Part shown: positions 23,201 to 36,466 of the stretch, piece by piece
Numbering within the stretch: position 1 is the first letter of the stretch
How the letters are laid out: each line of letters begins with the position of its first letter
From: Haliotis rufescens
Lineage: Eukaryota
DNA: 64,000 nt
Direction: 5' to 3'
NCBI RefSeq assembly: GCF_023055435.1
Contig: NW_025963779.1
Span: forward strand, 20,708,001 to 20,772,000
Made by a program: the position numbers and the translations under genes
Notes under the pieces: generated by a model
Databases searched by the model: none
Told to the model about the DNA's origin: nothing
Seen by the model: only the letters and a program-made list of their open reading frames with translations

Positions 23201-24169
23201 ACTGGAGCCCAGATGACGCTTTGGTGGTATATTACAGTGTGTAAATGAATGCATGTTTGTTTCTCTTCAGATGGAAAAGCGAGCGAGCGGCGAGCTCATC
23301 TGTACCTGAACATGGGTTTTGCGTGGAGTCAGATGGGGAGGGACTGGATCTGGAAAACCTACGAGGCTTATGTCAACGCTGCTAAGTTCTCCGGCTCCGA
23401 GTGGTTGGGTAAGGATTGGAAATCCTCATTGTTAAATAATAGATATATTTTTTGTAGAATGACGTAATATATTGGACGACGTTATTTTTGAGTGGGACGT
23501 GTCTGGTAAGTTGTCCCCTATAGATGTAGCTGGGCTAAGCAGGAAAACGCAGTGGCCGAACGATCGTATCCAAAAATGGGAGAGATATGACAATCGGTCT
23601 CAGGAGAAAACGTACAGGTGATCAACGTGAAGATTGTTAAAATATAAGGGAAATATCAAACCTTCACCCACCTGTTCGTAAAATGGACTTGTCCGACATT
23701 TCCGAGGTCGGATTCTATTCAGGGTGTAATATGTTTAAAGCTTGTACATTTTATCAACATCCTAGAACAGGCTGTACATAGTTTTGAAAACTCAACCCCT
23801 CATGTAAATTCTCACTGCTGTGTTTAATTGTACGATAAACAACTCCCACTCGTCGTCTATTTCTTAATTAAGCGTGTGTGAATTTCCTGGCCAACAGATG
23901 CAGAGAAAGACCTGAGGGTAGAGGCACTGCAAGGCCTGGTACTGGCTGGAATGGCTATCCTCGACTATCGGGATGGTCTGGGACACTTCTGTGTCAATGT
24001 CGTCCTGAAACAAAACGATATGAATGCTGACGCAGCGGAAAAATGGCAAAACATAGATGTAACTGATTTCAAGAAAAGAATGAAAGACGAAATTAAAGAC
24101 ATGTATATGACTTGTATTGACAATGTCAACGATGCTGTCTTAAACAAGCACTCTGCAGCAGAGGGTTGA
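20266..24169 (+). CDS. TPR/helical-repeat protein, TTC24-like (4 coding exons, ~453 aa)
   Basis: Exons 20266-20998, 22102-22320, 23271-23408 and 23898-24169. All introns are GT..AG, phase 1, and join in frame (1362 nt). TPR-like helices: KLNLASAQ, NFNLAL, NDLAVLFTEVGEYRKAKLCF, FQNLGAVCVLEQNYKEATQYFKDAL, YLNMGFAWSQMG. An acceptor (ttattctag|G) at 20262 implies an upstream exon, with a candidate donor at 19021. The TTC24 assignment is from recalled resemblance only. Confidence 0.8.
21828..21986. mobile_element. Fold-back/MITE-like element with ~40-bp inverted repeats
   Basis: atgaatacataatgccatttagaaagtggtcaaatgtaac pairs with gttacatttgaccattttctaaatggcatcgtgtattcat. Related internal sequence occurs at ~21640-21715 and, inverted, at ~52280-52445. 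Confidence 0.55.
22826..23158 (+). mobile_element. SINE family B
   Basis: TSD ttcttcaaga; lies in TPR intron 2. Confidence 0.9.
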
Positions 24170-25113
24170 AAGGGCATTGTATATATCACAAAGGACAAGC
24201 ACTCTGCAGCAGAGGGTTGAAAGAACATTGTATATATCACAAAGGACAAGCACTCTGCAGCAGAGGGTTGAAAGGAGATTGTATATATCACAAAGGACAA
24301 GCACTCTGCAGCAGAGGGTTGAGAGGACATTGTATATATCACAAAGGACAAGCACTCTGCAGCAGAGGGTTGAGAGGACATTGTATATATCACAAAGGAC
24401 AAGCACTCTGCAGCAGAGGGTTGAAAGAACATTGTATATATCACAAAGGACAAGCACTCTGCAGCAGAGGGTTGAAAGGAGATTGTATATATCACAAAGG
24501 ACAAGCACTCTGCAGCAGAGGGTTGAAAGGAGATTGTATATATCACAAAGGACAAGCACTCTGCAGCAGAGGGTTGAGAGGACATTGTATATATCACAAA
24601 GGACAAGCACTCTGCAGCAGAGGGTTGAGAGGACATTGTATATATCACAAAGGACAAGCACTCTGCAGCAGAGGGTTGAAAGAACATTGTATATATCACA
24701 AAGGACAAGCACTCTGCAGCAGAGGGTTGAAAGGAGATTGTATATATCACAAAGGACAAGCACTCTGCAGCAGAGGGTTGAAAGGAGATTGTATATATCA
24801 CAAAGGACAAGCACTCTGCAGCAGAGGGTTGAGAGGACATTGTATATATCACAAAGGACAAGCACTCTGCAGCAGAGGGTTGAGAGGACATTGTATATAT
24901 CACAAAGGACAAGCACTCTGCAGCAGAGGGTTGAAAGAACATTGTATATATCACAAAGGACAAGCACTCTGCAGCAGAGGGTTGAGAGGACATTGTATAT
25001 ATCACAAAGGACAAGCACTCTGCAGCAGAGGGTTGAAAGGAGATTGTATATATCACAAAGGACAAGCACTCTGCAGCAGAGGGTTGAAAGGACATTGTAT
25101 ATATCACAAAGGA
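24145..25113 (+). repeat. 51-bp tandem repeat x19 overlapping the TPR gene stop codon
   Basis: Unit acaagcactctgcagcagagggttga-aaggagattgtatatatcacaaagg. The first unit contains the last codons (KHSAAEG*) of the gene. Confidence 0.97.
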
Positions 25114-25205
25114 CTGATCGGTGACATTCATGTACTTCTGTAGTTCATTGTCATATTGGCCGATGTGGAACAAGCTTTGTCTGAATGAGCAAACGCTAAT
25201 TACCC

Positions 25206-25761
25206 TGTAGCCGTGACATGTCTGTCAAGAATCACTTAACCGCAATTTCTGTTAGATGCTAATCCCCATTGTTAATCCCAATTTTATTATACATTGGCTT
25301 TCTGCCATCCTGAACGAGCTGTGCATCTGTCACTTATTAATTAATGATTATTTACTGTTATTTGTATTATGACATATATAACCTTAATGTATTATCCCCT
25401 TGGCTGTATCGGTAATCATAGGTCCCATGTCAGGAACACGTCATTGTCTCTTCGTCTGTCCATTGTTATCCATTGCTATATATGTGTGTACATCTTTACT
25501 GTTAGTCAGTCTGGTATGCCGAGTGCTGGTGTACCGGCGAACGTGAGCAGGGTGTGCCGCTCGGAGGAAACGCCCGGGGGTTGAGCTGGAACTCTCTCCC
25601 CTCATGTATGTCTGAGCTCATTGTTGTGCTGTGTTATCAGAGCAGGTATTACGCGCTTTGTTTATTTGTTGTTTATTGTTTATCTGTTGTGTATTAAACG
25701 TTCCAGAACAGTGATGCCGATGTTGTCCTTGATTCCACCAAGAGCTAATTCCACGTCAACA
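25206..25761 (+). mobile_element. Probable solo LTR
   Basis: Starts TGTAG and ends CAACA, ~556 bp. Flanked by TACCC/TACGC (5-bp TSD, one mismatch). ATTAAA lies ~65 nt before the 3' end. Confidence 0.45.
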
Positions 25762-25939
25762 TACGCGTTGACAATATTATAATACTATTCGATGTTGTAA
25801 TGGCAAAACGTATTGATACGCTAGATGGTGAAAGTAAAGACTCTATGAACATCAAATCTAGAAATGAGGTAGCTGACTTACGTGTTTTGAATTGTGTTGT
25901 TTCTTATTTTCTCTTCCATCATTTTGGGCATGTAACTTT

Positions 25940-26379
25940 CACACCCAATAAACTATACGAGGAAGCTTGACTCTGTTTGGTGACACACCCAATACACCAT
26001 ACGAGGAAGCTTGACTCTGTTTGGTGACACACCCAATACACTATACGAGGAAGCTTGACTCTGTTTGGTGACACACCCAATACACTATACGAGGAAGCTT
26101 GACTCTGTTTGGTGACACACCCAATACACTATACGAGGAAGCTTGACTCTGTTTGGTGACACACCCAAAACACTATACGAGGAAGCTTGACTCTGTTTGG
26201 TGACACACCCAATACACTATACGAGGAAGCTTGACTCTGTTTGGGGACACACCCAATACACTATACGAGGAAGCTTGACTCTGTTTGGTGACACACCCAA
26301 AACACTATACGAGGAAGCTTGACTCTGTTTGGTGACACACCCAATACACTATACGAGGAAGCTTGACTCTGTTTGGTGA
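25940..26379. repeat. 44-bp tandem repeat x10
   Basis: Unit cacacccaatacactatacgaggaagcttgactctgtttggtga. Confidence 0.95.
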
Positions 26380-26429
26380 ATTTCACCTCCCCGCCACTCT
26401 TGATTATAATTTTACTAACCTTTTACAAG

Positions 26430-27345
26430 GATTGGTCGGTGTTACTCATGTTCTTTGGTCGTATATTGCTAATTCTGTTCAATGTTTAAATGGCAAAATG
26501 AATTGGTAGCGGGTGAAACCGGATTCTCCTGGATACTGATTACATGGTCGATTCCCTATACACCAAATGTACAAAAATTATGTTTGTCACATTCACCTTC
26601 TGAATTATGTTTATTTGATTTTTCTTCTTCTGTGGTATTGGACACGTACCTTTCATACCAGATATTCGAGGAAGCATACACGGGCATCTGATGGCAGAAC
26701 TCTATTATTTTCTTTTGGTCTTTCCTATGTTTGGATTGATCAAAATGTTGGGGATTAATTAACATTTGTTTCTACCTTCAAACAAAGACTCGTTGATATT
26801 TTCGTTCAAGACTGGTCGGAAAGTATTAGATCCTCTCACTTCACATTATACTTCCATCAATCTGTGTTGGAACCTGAGAAATGTTTAACATTAAATGATA
26901 AATGACTTTTACGAGAGATATGTAAGTTTAGAATCTATCAATATTGTTTAAAATACAAGATATTAGGAAGAACAAAGACACAAACTATTCACATATTAAT
27001 TGTATATATTATAAATCTGGATCCTTTAAAGAATTCTATGTTCTGTTTGGCTGCGATGCCTTTGCTTCCCAAAGAAATAAATGTTTGCCACATTTAGAAA
27101 ATACATACGTAAATCACCAAGTAATGTACAATTTACTTAACTCAAATGATGTAAATACTATTAAGTCAGTAGCCATCTTTATCAAACACATTTTCTGTAA
27201 GATTTCTTAGAGTTGTTATATCAGCAAATGTCCTGTCAATCACCTGACTACCAACTTTATTCTGTTCACTGAGTTGTACTCTGGGCCACAAGGCCGAAAT
27301 ACTGAATACACACGTCTGTCCGTCTGTCCGTCTGTCCGTCTGTAT
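26430..27345 (+). mobile_element. Degenerate non-LTR retrotransposon 3' end (ORF2 C-terminus and tail)
   Basis: Broken frames read LVDIFVQDWSESI, LREICKFRI and EFYVLFGCDAFASQRNKCL...NLLNSNDVNTIKSVAIFI, typical of LINE ORF2 C-termini. It ends gggccacaaggccgaaatactgaata followed by a (CGTCTGTC)n tail. An inverted copy of the same tail lies at ~27669-27725. Confidence 0.6.
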
Positions 27346-27966
27346 GCGAGGACGCCCTGATCATGATTCCACCCACCCACCACAAGATGTGGATATCAAT
27401 GGCCACTAAACTAGAATTCACATCATTTGGTTTATTGTCAAACTGTTCCTATAAATGAGAAGTATGCAGGAGACAAGAACTGGATAGTCCATGTACATAT
27501 ACATGAATGTACATAAACTAAGATCAGAAAAAACAATTTTTTAAAAACTGAAATACCAGTAGGTAGTTTTATCTGCCTGAACTTTTTTAAAAAGGTCTCT
27601 CTTTATGGAGCATTTAGTCACAATTACATTCGGTAAATTTGAGTCTATTTGAGTCTATATGAATAATACAGACAGACAGACAGACAAATATATTCCGTAC
27701 TTCAGGCCAGCGGCCCATAATACAATGGAAATATACTGTATATATACCTGCATGCTGAGTAGATTTAATAATGATTTACCGTTCAACACTGTGTTTCCGT
27801 TCGATGTTCATCACTCGGGAGAGAAAATTACCTGAGCCTTTTATAATTTGTTCGTTTTCAGCTGACATAAGTATTATAAAATTCTCAATAGAGGGAGGGG
27901 TAACGAGACGCTTGGGAAAAGAGTTTCTTCTTGCTCTCGATTCTGGATAGGATAATGAACATTGAA

Positions 27967-28030
27967 GAGTGAGTGGGTATGGTTTTACGCCGCTTTTAGC
28001 AATATTCCAGCAATATCACCACGGGGAACA
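27967..28030 (-). mobile_element. SINE family A, 5'-truncated
   Basis: Tail only, flanked by a gaacattgaaga duplication. Confidence 0.75.
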
Positions 28031-28763
28031 TTGAAGAACACAGATGTCAGTGTTTTACTCTACACATATACCATGCTGCTTGTTCTCTAGACTTAATATA
28101 AGAACCCTGTGGTGAATAGGAATGTTGTTTGATTCCGGCGACATTGTAGCCACCCGTTCCCCAAAATAGTCAGTTAGCTCTTGCTCTGATAACAACATAT
28201 ACTTGGGGTCTATATTTACGAAAAGGCGTTGTGTGAGTGGCGGATGTTACCGGTACCGGGCATGCTTAGCCTCTTCGCGAACACCTGGTGTCATCACGGA
28301 AACTCAGTGATCCATTCATATCATTTTCACCGCTATTTTGCATTTAACGCCCAATGGAATCTGTTTCGTTGTACTGTTGTATCCTGTACTGGTATAATCC
28401 TCGATCACCAAATTAATTAGTTTAATTATACAGTGGTGTTTCTTCATGAAACAGGGTTCGGTGCCACACAAATGCGGTAGGGCAGGACATGCTTAACCTT
28501 TTCGTGAACACCTAGTGTCGTCACCGATTTTCCTCTTTAATCAATGTCTGTCTGTCTGTTTATAAACTGACGCAAAGGAGTAGATCGGGGCTCATTGTAA
28601 CACACTATCTGTTTCAATTAGACGTATTCAGTTCAATGTGATTTCAACATTTCTGAACAGTGAATATTGTTCCATTCAGTCACTTCCGTTCAGTGTTTTA
28701 ATCCACCTCAATCACATGTACATACAGTAGTTGTGTTGGTAAGCACGTAGTTCAAAGTAGGGA

Positions 28764-29071
28764 GACCGCCTCCGTGGTCTAGTGGTACAGCGCCCGCCCA
28801 GAGAGCGGAAGGTTCGATCCCCGGCCGCGTCATACCAAAAGACGTTTAAAGATGGTACTCCTTGTTACCCTGTCTGGCGCTCGGCATTAAGCAGCTAAAA
28901 CAAGGACTGGTCGGCTCGGAGTCAATGCATTGTTTTTGATTGGGGTGTTCATGTAAAACTGCGGCATGGTATCTCCGTGAGCTAGCACTATGAAATCGCC
29001 ATTAGTCCGGACTAGTACAAGCAAAAAACACAACACACACGCGTGCATGCACGTCGCTATATAAGTGCAAT
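28764..29071 (+). mobile_element. SINE family B, 3'-truncated
   Basis: About 220 bp upstream of the ShKT copy 1 ATG. Confidence 0.87.
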
Positions 29072-29294
29072 AGTCCGCTCTACCAAAAGTAAATGGTCAA
29101 TCCCAAACTATGGTTAAGGAAAATTTGGCACTTATATATTACGCTCTCATTTGTTATTAATCTTATCTTTGCAGTTAGGTTTATCCATAAATAGTACAAT
29201 AACTTCCATGGTTATTTGGGTTAAAGTCACAGTGACATAACAGAGATTATGTATCTCCCAAGACCATTCAGTCCTGACTTCACACGCAGAAACA

Positions 29295-30418
29295 ATGCTT
29301 CTCAGTCTAGGCACCCTGCTCGTAGCGCAGTTCCTAGGAGGACACGCCCAAAGTTTAGCTCCTGGTAAGTATGTTAAACCATAAAAAATATGTATATTTT
29401 AAATCTTTATTTTGAATTAATGTTTATTGATACGAACATGCCCGTGAAGATCCGGGGTACAATATGTCTTCAGCAACCCATGCTTGCCGTAAAAGGCGAC
29501 TACGCTTGTGGAAAGAGGCGACTAACGGGATCGGGTGGTCAAGCTCGCTGACTTGGTTGATGCATGTCATCGTATCCTAATTGCGTGGATCGATGCTCAT
29601 GATGTTAATCACTGGATAGTCTGGCCCAGAGTCGATTACTTACAGACCGCCGTCATATAGATGGAATATTGCTGAGTGCGGCGTTAAACTAAAAACAAAC
29701 AAACAAACACACAAATGATACGAACATGTGAGTATTTTTTCGATACCGTTTTTGTGCTCACGCTATCAAACACTGGTTGGTTTCCTTCAGGAATGTATTT
29801 GCCTTTGTCTTCAATACCCGCCACACACTCAGGTACAACACATTATTCAGAGGCCCTAAAGCCTGGGCTATGCTGAGTGTGGGATTCATTAAATAACTTA
29901 GTATTATAGTGTTGTGATCCCATGAGGGAAGTTGTATTATTGAATAAGGCAATATTGTTACAATGACAATGGATGATACTATATGTAATGTATTCCTTTT
30001 GAAAATAAACTGTCATGACATTTAGACTTATCTAATCGTCAACCCGATATTTAGTGTTAGCCAGCAAAAGAGAATGTTTCACTGGCTTGATGTCGACAGG
30101 AGTCATCTCCCTTTTCACTCCTCCCAAGATACCGACGCGAACTGTTCATACAGGCAATTCTCATTGAACTTGAGGACCGCCTCCGTGGTCTAGTGGTAGA
30201 GCGGCGGAGAGCGGAAGGTCCGGGGTCATACCAAAGACGTTAAAAGATGGTACTTGTTGTTACCCTGTCTGGCGCTCGGCATTAAGGGGCTAAAACAAGG
30301 ACTGGTCGGCACGGAGTCAGTATACAGTGTCTGAGTGGGGTATTCATGTGAAACTGCGGCATGGTATCTCAGTGGGCTAGCACTATAAATCGGTATTAGT
30401 CCAGACTAGCACAAGCAG

Positions 30419-30500
<82 letters not shown>

Positions 30501-33500
30501 ATGCACGTCGCTATATAAGTGCAATAATCCCAATTTCACCTCACTTCACCTATTAAACTTGAACAATTATCATGGACTTCATATGAATATTTTATTTATA
30601 TAAATCAACACATGTGAACTTGTTGGTATTGTATTAATGAGTCCATTCTGGCACCGTTGGCCATCGTTTCAGTTCTCCAGATTTGACTATGAAATAGGAT
30701 CATTATTTAATCATTTGATTCACGATGAATTGTTATTGGAACAACACATTTGCAGTGCGGGCGAACTGCTTTGAATGAGCATTCTTCTGTGTGCATGCAT
30801 GATAAGGATTTTGTCGGCTTTATTTCACACATGTTCAGCCAGTTAAAGATTAGATAACAAAGGCTTTGAATAAGCCATTTAACTTGTAATTACCATTTTC
30901 ATTTTCCATATACTTGTTCGTTGTTAAGTCTTTCGAGCCTGAGATATTCACGAAAATAAAATACTTGCATAAAAAACATTCCTTAAGATATCTATTGAGA
31001 TAGCAATAAAATCCATTCTTTCAGCAGAAATTTCTTACGAATATGGAATATATTTGTCAACTTAGATTAGACTGCATATTTAAATATTTCCACATACAAT
31101 AATGCAACACTCTATTTTCAGCCATACAGAAAACAGTAGTCCGTTAATGGAAATGGCCAATATTTTAGGTTTATGAAAACATAAACGCGCGCGAAAGATA
31201 ATTGCTTTGTTAGCCAATGAAATGCCATGGAATCACTTGAAATTATGTGCTTGGTTAAACCACCAACATCCTCAAACATATTACAAGTTTAAGTTTGTTT
31301 AACTGAGTTTATCATACCATCATTCACACTATATGATGGCCCAGCAAGATATGTTCCTAAAAAAGAAACGCAAAACCACATTTTTGGTGTGAGAAGTAAA
31401 TAAAAGGGTCAAAACCGTTTCTACAATCATAAGACATCCCTGAATCTGTTGTACGATTCCTACTATATCCTAGGCACGTGTTTATTAATCACTAGCACTA
31501 TCACTTGGTGATGATCACACATATCCACTGCTTATCTGAACACTTGGTCATTAATGGCATCTTGCGAAAGGACAACAGTGGACACATGAACACATTACAC
31601 GGAGTCAAACCTGCTATTTCGGCGTAACAAATAACGCTTTACCCATTAGACTCCGCCATCGCCCCTTAAACAATAGAAGGAATCTCCTGCATTTACTTAG
31701 GAAAAAATCACATCTGCTTGCGACTTGTTGGTAGTTAATTACAAAATTATAGAACATGGTCCACGGAACAAGCCAACCTTTGTCTCTTTGTATCTTGAAA
31801 TTTAGCTTTGAATATTCTCCAAAATATGTATCAAAATGTATTAAAATTATTTTATGTTCATTTTCCCCCGCCCTTTGCAGAGTTGCGTACCTTGGGCACG
31901 CCAGAAACCTATATGGTTGTGGGTTCGAATCCCGGTTCGCCCCGATTATGTTTCTAGGTTTGTCAGCTCGGGAGATTCACCGAAGTGGTAAACGTCTGAG
32001 ACCTGCTTCACTTCGGGCTCTCCTCCCACATTAAGCTGACACGCCGTGATATAACTGGAATACTGTTAAAAGCGGCGTTAAACCTAATTCACTAACTCAC
32101 TGAATGATGCAATGTGGTGAAACTGTTAGACCACAGGTTTGAAAAGTCAGGTAAGAAGCAACCATCTGCCAACAGCGTATTCCCCTCCGTTTCGTTGATT
32201 CCCTGACAATCTCATTTCCAATATTTTACCACAATATATTGGATGCTTAAAAGAATATGTTGATCAATGTATATTAAATATATCTGTTCATAATTCATAT
32301 GAAATAAAATGCAGGAGCATGTGGTTGTTTGTCAAGGCTTTCAAGCAAGGACATTCTCTCATTATGATGAAGAGCCACACGACCTGTTTGAGACGAGAAA
32401 TAGGATACATTGCATGAACTTATGTATACTCCAAAAATATAGAGTGAGTGAGTGAGTATGGTTTTACGCCGCTTCTTGATACCAATCAACCTTTTAAATT
32501 CCATGTTTAGACATTTTGTTATTACATCTATAATATATGTACTATGTTAAACACGTTTCACGGGGAATGGCTAAGAACGTCAGTGTTTTCTCTCCACCAG
32601 CCCTTCGTTTCACCTGACCAAGTTTGTTTGGCTAATGTTGCATGTTTCCCTCCCCAGGTGTGTTTGACCCAAACTGTAGAGACCACCTGGACAATTGTAA
32701 GGAGTTCCATTCGGACACGTGTATCAACGCGCTGTTTGAGCAATGGGTGTTTGACAACTGCCGCCAGCATTGCAAACTCTGCATTGGGCCTAGTACGTAT
32801 ATGCACTGTTATACTGCAATCTGGTTGATATTTATAACACTTAGTGATTTAAAGACATTACACAGCGTCTGCTTGTTTGTCGACATGACAAAGTAACATA
32901 CACAATATAACACACAATATATATCCACAGATAATTCTTGGAGTTCAAAACGTTTTGAAATTTCCAAGATAGTATTAAACCTTAAACTAACAGGGATTAA
33001 TGAATCAGATATTGCACATGTGCTACTAAATTTTATTGATGTAACTAAAACGGAAGTAGTTATTATTCAATAGTGTTACAACGTGTTTCAATGTACGATG
33101 AAGCGGTAATAAAATCAGACGTATCCCAATCCAAATTGATCAGCCTTGTTCGTAGCAATTAACCAATCAGAATAAAGTGTTTGATGGTGTCATGATAGTT
33201 CTTAATCGATCCAGCGATAAGTGCGCCTTTGGTCAATGAGCAATCATGAAAATATTCACTCCTCAAACGTTCTTAACCATCATCCTGAATTACAGCTGTA
33301 TATTTGTTTGTTTGTTTGTTTGTCGTTTAACGCCGCACACAGCAATTTTCCTGCTATAGGACGGAAGTCTGTAAATAATTCAGTATGGACCAGACCATCC
33401 AGTGATTGACATCATGAACATCGATCGACGCAATTGGGATACGATGACATGCATCAACCAAGTCAGCGAGCTTGACCACTCGATTCCGTTAATCGTCTCT

Positions 33501-34772
33501 ACGACAAGCATAGTCGACCCTTTACGGCAAGCATGGGTTGCTGAAGACCTATTCTACCCCGGATCTTAACGGGCCCCTTCAAAAGTGATTAAACAGAACA
33601 TGTTACATCAGGGACACCATTTCCATTATAATTTAATTGTGTTACGTCTAACTAAGTTGTTTTCACGATGTTTGAATAAATATTACGATCCCTGTTTTGA
33701 CCCCTAATCATAATAATGTGTCCCAGACGTTTTGAATTCAACATACAGCACATCCTGATGCTCTCTTCATCTAAACAATGTGTTCCGTAGCAACCCCGGT
33801 CACGACTACACCAACTCCTCCGTGTATTGACGAAGAGATTTACTGCTACAGCTACCCGGACGATATGTGCTCCAAAGACCTCTACCGGGTTTGGGCGGAG
33901 GCTAACTGCAGGAAGACTTGTGGGTTCTGTGGTGTTATTCAGGGTATGTTCCCTCGCTTCTATGAGAACATTAATATGAATCATACGTTATAATGAGTTC
34001 CAAATAGAATATGTTAAGAAGCATCTCAAGGAGTCTGTTCTATACGATATATAGAAGCTCCACACAGGGTATGTTCCCTCGCTTCTATGAGAACATTAAT
34101 ATGAACCATACGTTATAATGAGCACCAAATAGAATATGTTAAGAAGCAGCTCACGGTGTCTGTTCTATACGATATATAGAAGCTCCACACAGGGTATGTT
34201 CCCTCGCTTCTATGAGAACATTAATATGAACCATACGTTATAATGAGCACCAAATAGAATATGTTAAGAAGCAGCTCACGGAGTCTGTTCTATACGATAT
34301 ATAGAAGCTCTACACAGGGTATGTTCCCTCGCTTCTATGAGAGCATTAATATGAACCATACGTTATAATGAGCACCAAATAGAATATGTTAAGAAGCAGC
34401 TCACGGAGTCTGTTCTATACGATATATAGAAGCTCCACACAGGGTATGTTCACTCGCTTCTATGAGAACATTTATATGAACCATACGTTATGCACGAGCA
34501 CCAAATAGAATATGTTCTATGTCTTGTTTATACACAGCTCAGGGGGTATGTTCACGCTATCCTGAAGCACACTGCTAGGTATGATCTACATTTTATGCAG
34601 GGGCACCAAATGGGTTCTATACGGTATGCACGAGCTACATACAGGGTATGTTATATATGGTACTCAATGTTCAATATGTTAATTATATTTAAATCATGAA
34701 CTTGCTTTGACATAACTAACCCTACACTATATTTTGTATTTTTCAGTTGTGCCCACACCTGCAATTGGTTAG
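29295..34772 (+). CDS. Secreted 2x ShKT (ShK toxin-domain) protein, copy 1 (127 aa)
   Basis: Exons 29295-29364 (signal peptide MLLSLGTLLVAQFLGGHAQSLAP), 32658-32792 (CRDHLDNCKEFHSDTCINALFEQWVFDNCRQHCKLC), 33791-33943 (T/P linker plus CIDEEIYCYSYPDDMCSKDLYRVWAEANCRKTCGFC) and 34747-34772 (VVPTPAIG*). All introns are GT..AG, phase 1. Six-Cys ShKT pattern ending C-x3-C-x2-C. Confidence 0.88.
29441..29707 (+). mobile_element. SINE-like family C
   Basis: TSD tgatacgaacatg. Confidence 0.88.
30175..30550 (+). mobile_element. SINE family B with expanded (CA)n
   Basis: (CA)n at 30420-30496. Equivalent copies in units 2 and 3 (37345-37468, 44559-44680) are 3'-deleted. Confidence 0.88.
31875..32101 (+). 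mobile_element. SINE family D, 5'-truncated
   Basis: Segmental duplicates lie at ~38917-39139 and ~46021-46243. Confidence 0.82.
33303..33576 (-). mobile_element. SINE-like family C
   Basis: Reverse copy in ShKT copy 1 intron 2. Confidence 0.85.
33940..34520 (+). repeat. 125-bp tandem repeat starting at the ShKT exon-3 splice donor (copy 1)
   Basis: CAGGGTATGTT recurs at 33940, 34065, 34190, 34315 and 34440. Confidence 0.93.
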
Positions 34773-35934
34773 ATTATACTGACACTGTAACCACTGCTAT
34801 CGACTATCATCTGACCAAAAATTAAATATCCCGCCAATGAGTTAGTGTTGATTTTTACCTCTCACAAGGTCGTCAGGTGTGTCTACAACAAGATAGATGG
34901 CTTTAAGAATACTTTGAAACTAGATTTGTCTTCGTTGCTACTCCACAAGCAGTCATGTCTTAGATCTTAAGAGCTCCATTACACAAAATATCAAATGCAT
35001 GTTAGAGTTGTCATGAATATCGTGATGTTGAGAAAATATTGACCCCACACATAACGTTTTTGTTATTTTTGCATCTACGCGCATTATGTTGTATTTAATA
35101 TTATGTTCTCTAGACTTAATATAAGAACCCTGTGGTGAATAGGAATGTTGTTTGATTCCGGCGACATTGTAGCCACTCGTCCCCCAAAATAGTCAGTTAG
35201 CTCTTGCTCTGATAACAACATATACTTGGGGTCTATATTTACGAAAAGGCGTTGTGTGAGTGGCGGATGGTACCGGTACCGGACATTCTTAGCCTCTTCG
35301 CGAACACCTGGTGTCATCACTGAAACTCAGTCATCAATTCACATCATTTTCATCGCTATTTTGCATTCAACGCCCAATGGAATCTGTTTCGTTGGATTAT
35401 CGAGACTGGTTATTTTCTGGTGTTGACGTTTTATATTACGGTTGATGGAAGCGTTATCCTGTACTGGTATAATCCTCGATCACCAAATTAATTAGTTTAA
35501 TTATACAATGGTGTTTCTTCATGAAACAGGGTTCGGTGCCACACACATGCAAAAAGGCTTTGTGCGAGTGGCTGCATGATGTTACCGGTAGGGCAGGACA
35601 TACTTAGCCTGTTCGTGAACACCTGGTGTCATCACCGATTTTCCTCGGTAAACACCATCATATATACTCACTGTATAACTTATTGTAACGGACTTGTGAC
35701 ACTTTAATCAATGTCTGTCTGTCTGTCTGTACATGATATGACGCAAAAGAGTAGATCGGGGCTCATTGTAACACACTATCTGTTTCAATTAGACGTATTC
35801 AGTTCAATGTGATTTCAACATTTCTGAACAGTGAATATTATTCCATTCAGTCACTTCCCTTCAGTGTTTTAATCCACCTCAATCACATGTACATACAGTA
35901 GTTGTGTTGGTAAGCACGTAGTTCAAATAAGGGA

Positions 35935-36243
35935 GACCGTCTCCTTGGTCTAGTGGTACAGCGCCCGCCCAGAGAGCGGAAGGTTCGATCTCCGGCCGCG
36001 TCATACCAAAAGACGTTAAAAGATGGTACTTCCTGTTACCCTGTCTGGCGCTCGGCATTAAGGGGGTAAAACAAGGACTGGTCAGCTCGGAGTCAGTGCA
36101 TTGTTTCTGAGTGGGGTGTTCATCTAAAACTGCGGCATGGTATCTCCGTGAGCTAGCACTATAAAATCGGCATTAGTCCGGACTAGTACAAGCAAAAAAC
36201 ACAACACACACGCGTGCATGCACGTCGCTATATAAGTGCAATA
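35935..36243 (+). mobile_element. SINE family B
   Basis: Segmental duplicate of the 28764 copy. Confidence 0.87.
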
Positions 36244-36466
36244 GTCCGCTCTACCAAAAGTAAATGGTCAATCCCAAACTATGGTTAAGGAAAATTTGGC
36301 ACTTATATATTACGCTCTCATTTGTATTTTAATCTTATCTTTGCAGTTAGGTTTATCCATAAATAGTACAATTACTTCCATGGTTATTTGGGTTAAAGTC
36401 ACAGTGACATAACAGAGATTATGTATCTCCCAAGACCATTCAGTCCTGACTTCACACGCAGAAACA

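Noticed and set aside
23965-25173. Four 300-400 aa ORFs over the 51-bp array; also the idea that the repeated TGA encodes selenocysteine
   Set aside because: Open frames follow automatically from a 51-bp unit lacking stops in those frames. I see no SECIS element or selenoprotein context.
25940-26379. CRISPR-like appearance of this and other regular arrays
   Set aside because: The units are contiguous with no unique spacers, there are no cas genes, and the context is eukaryotic.
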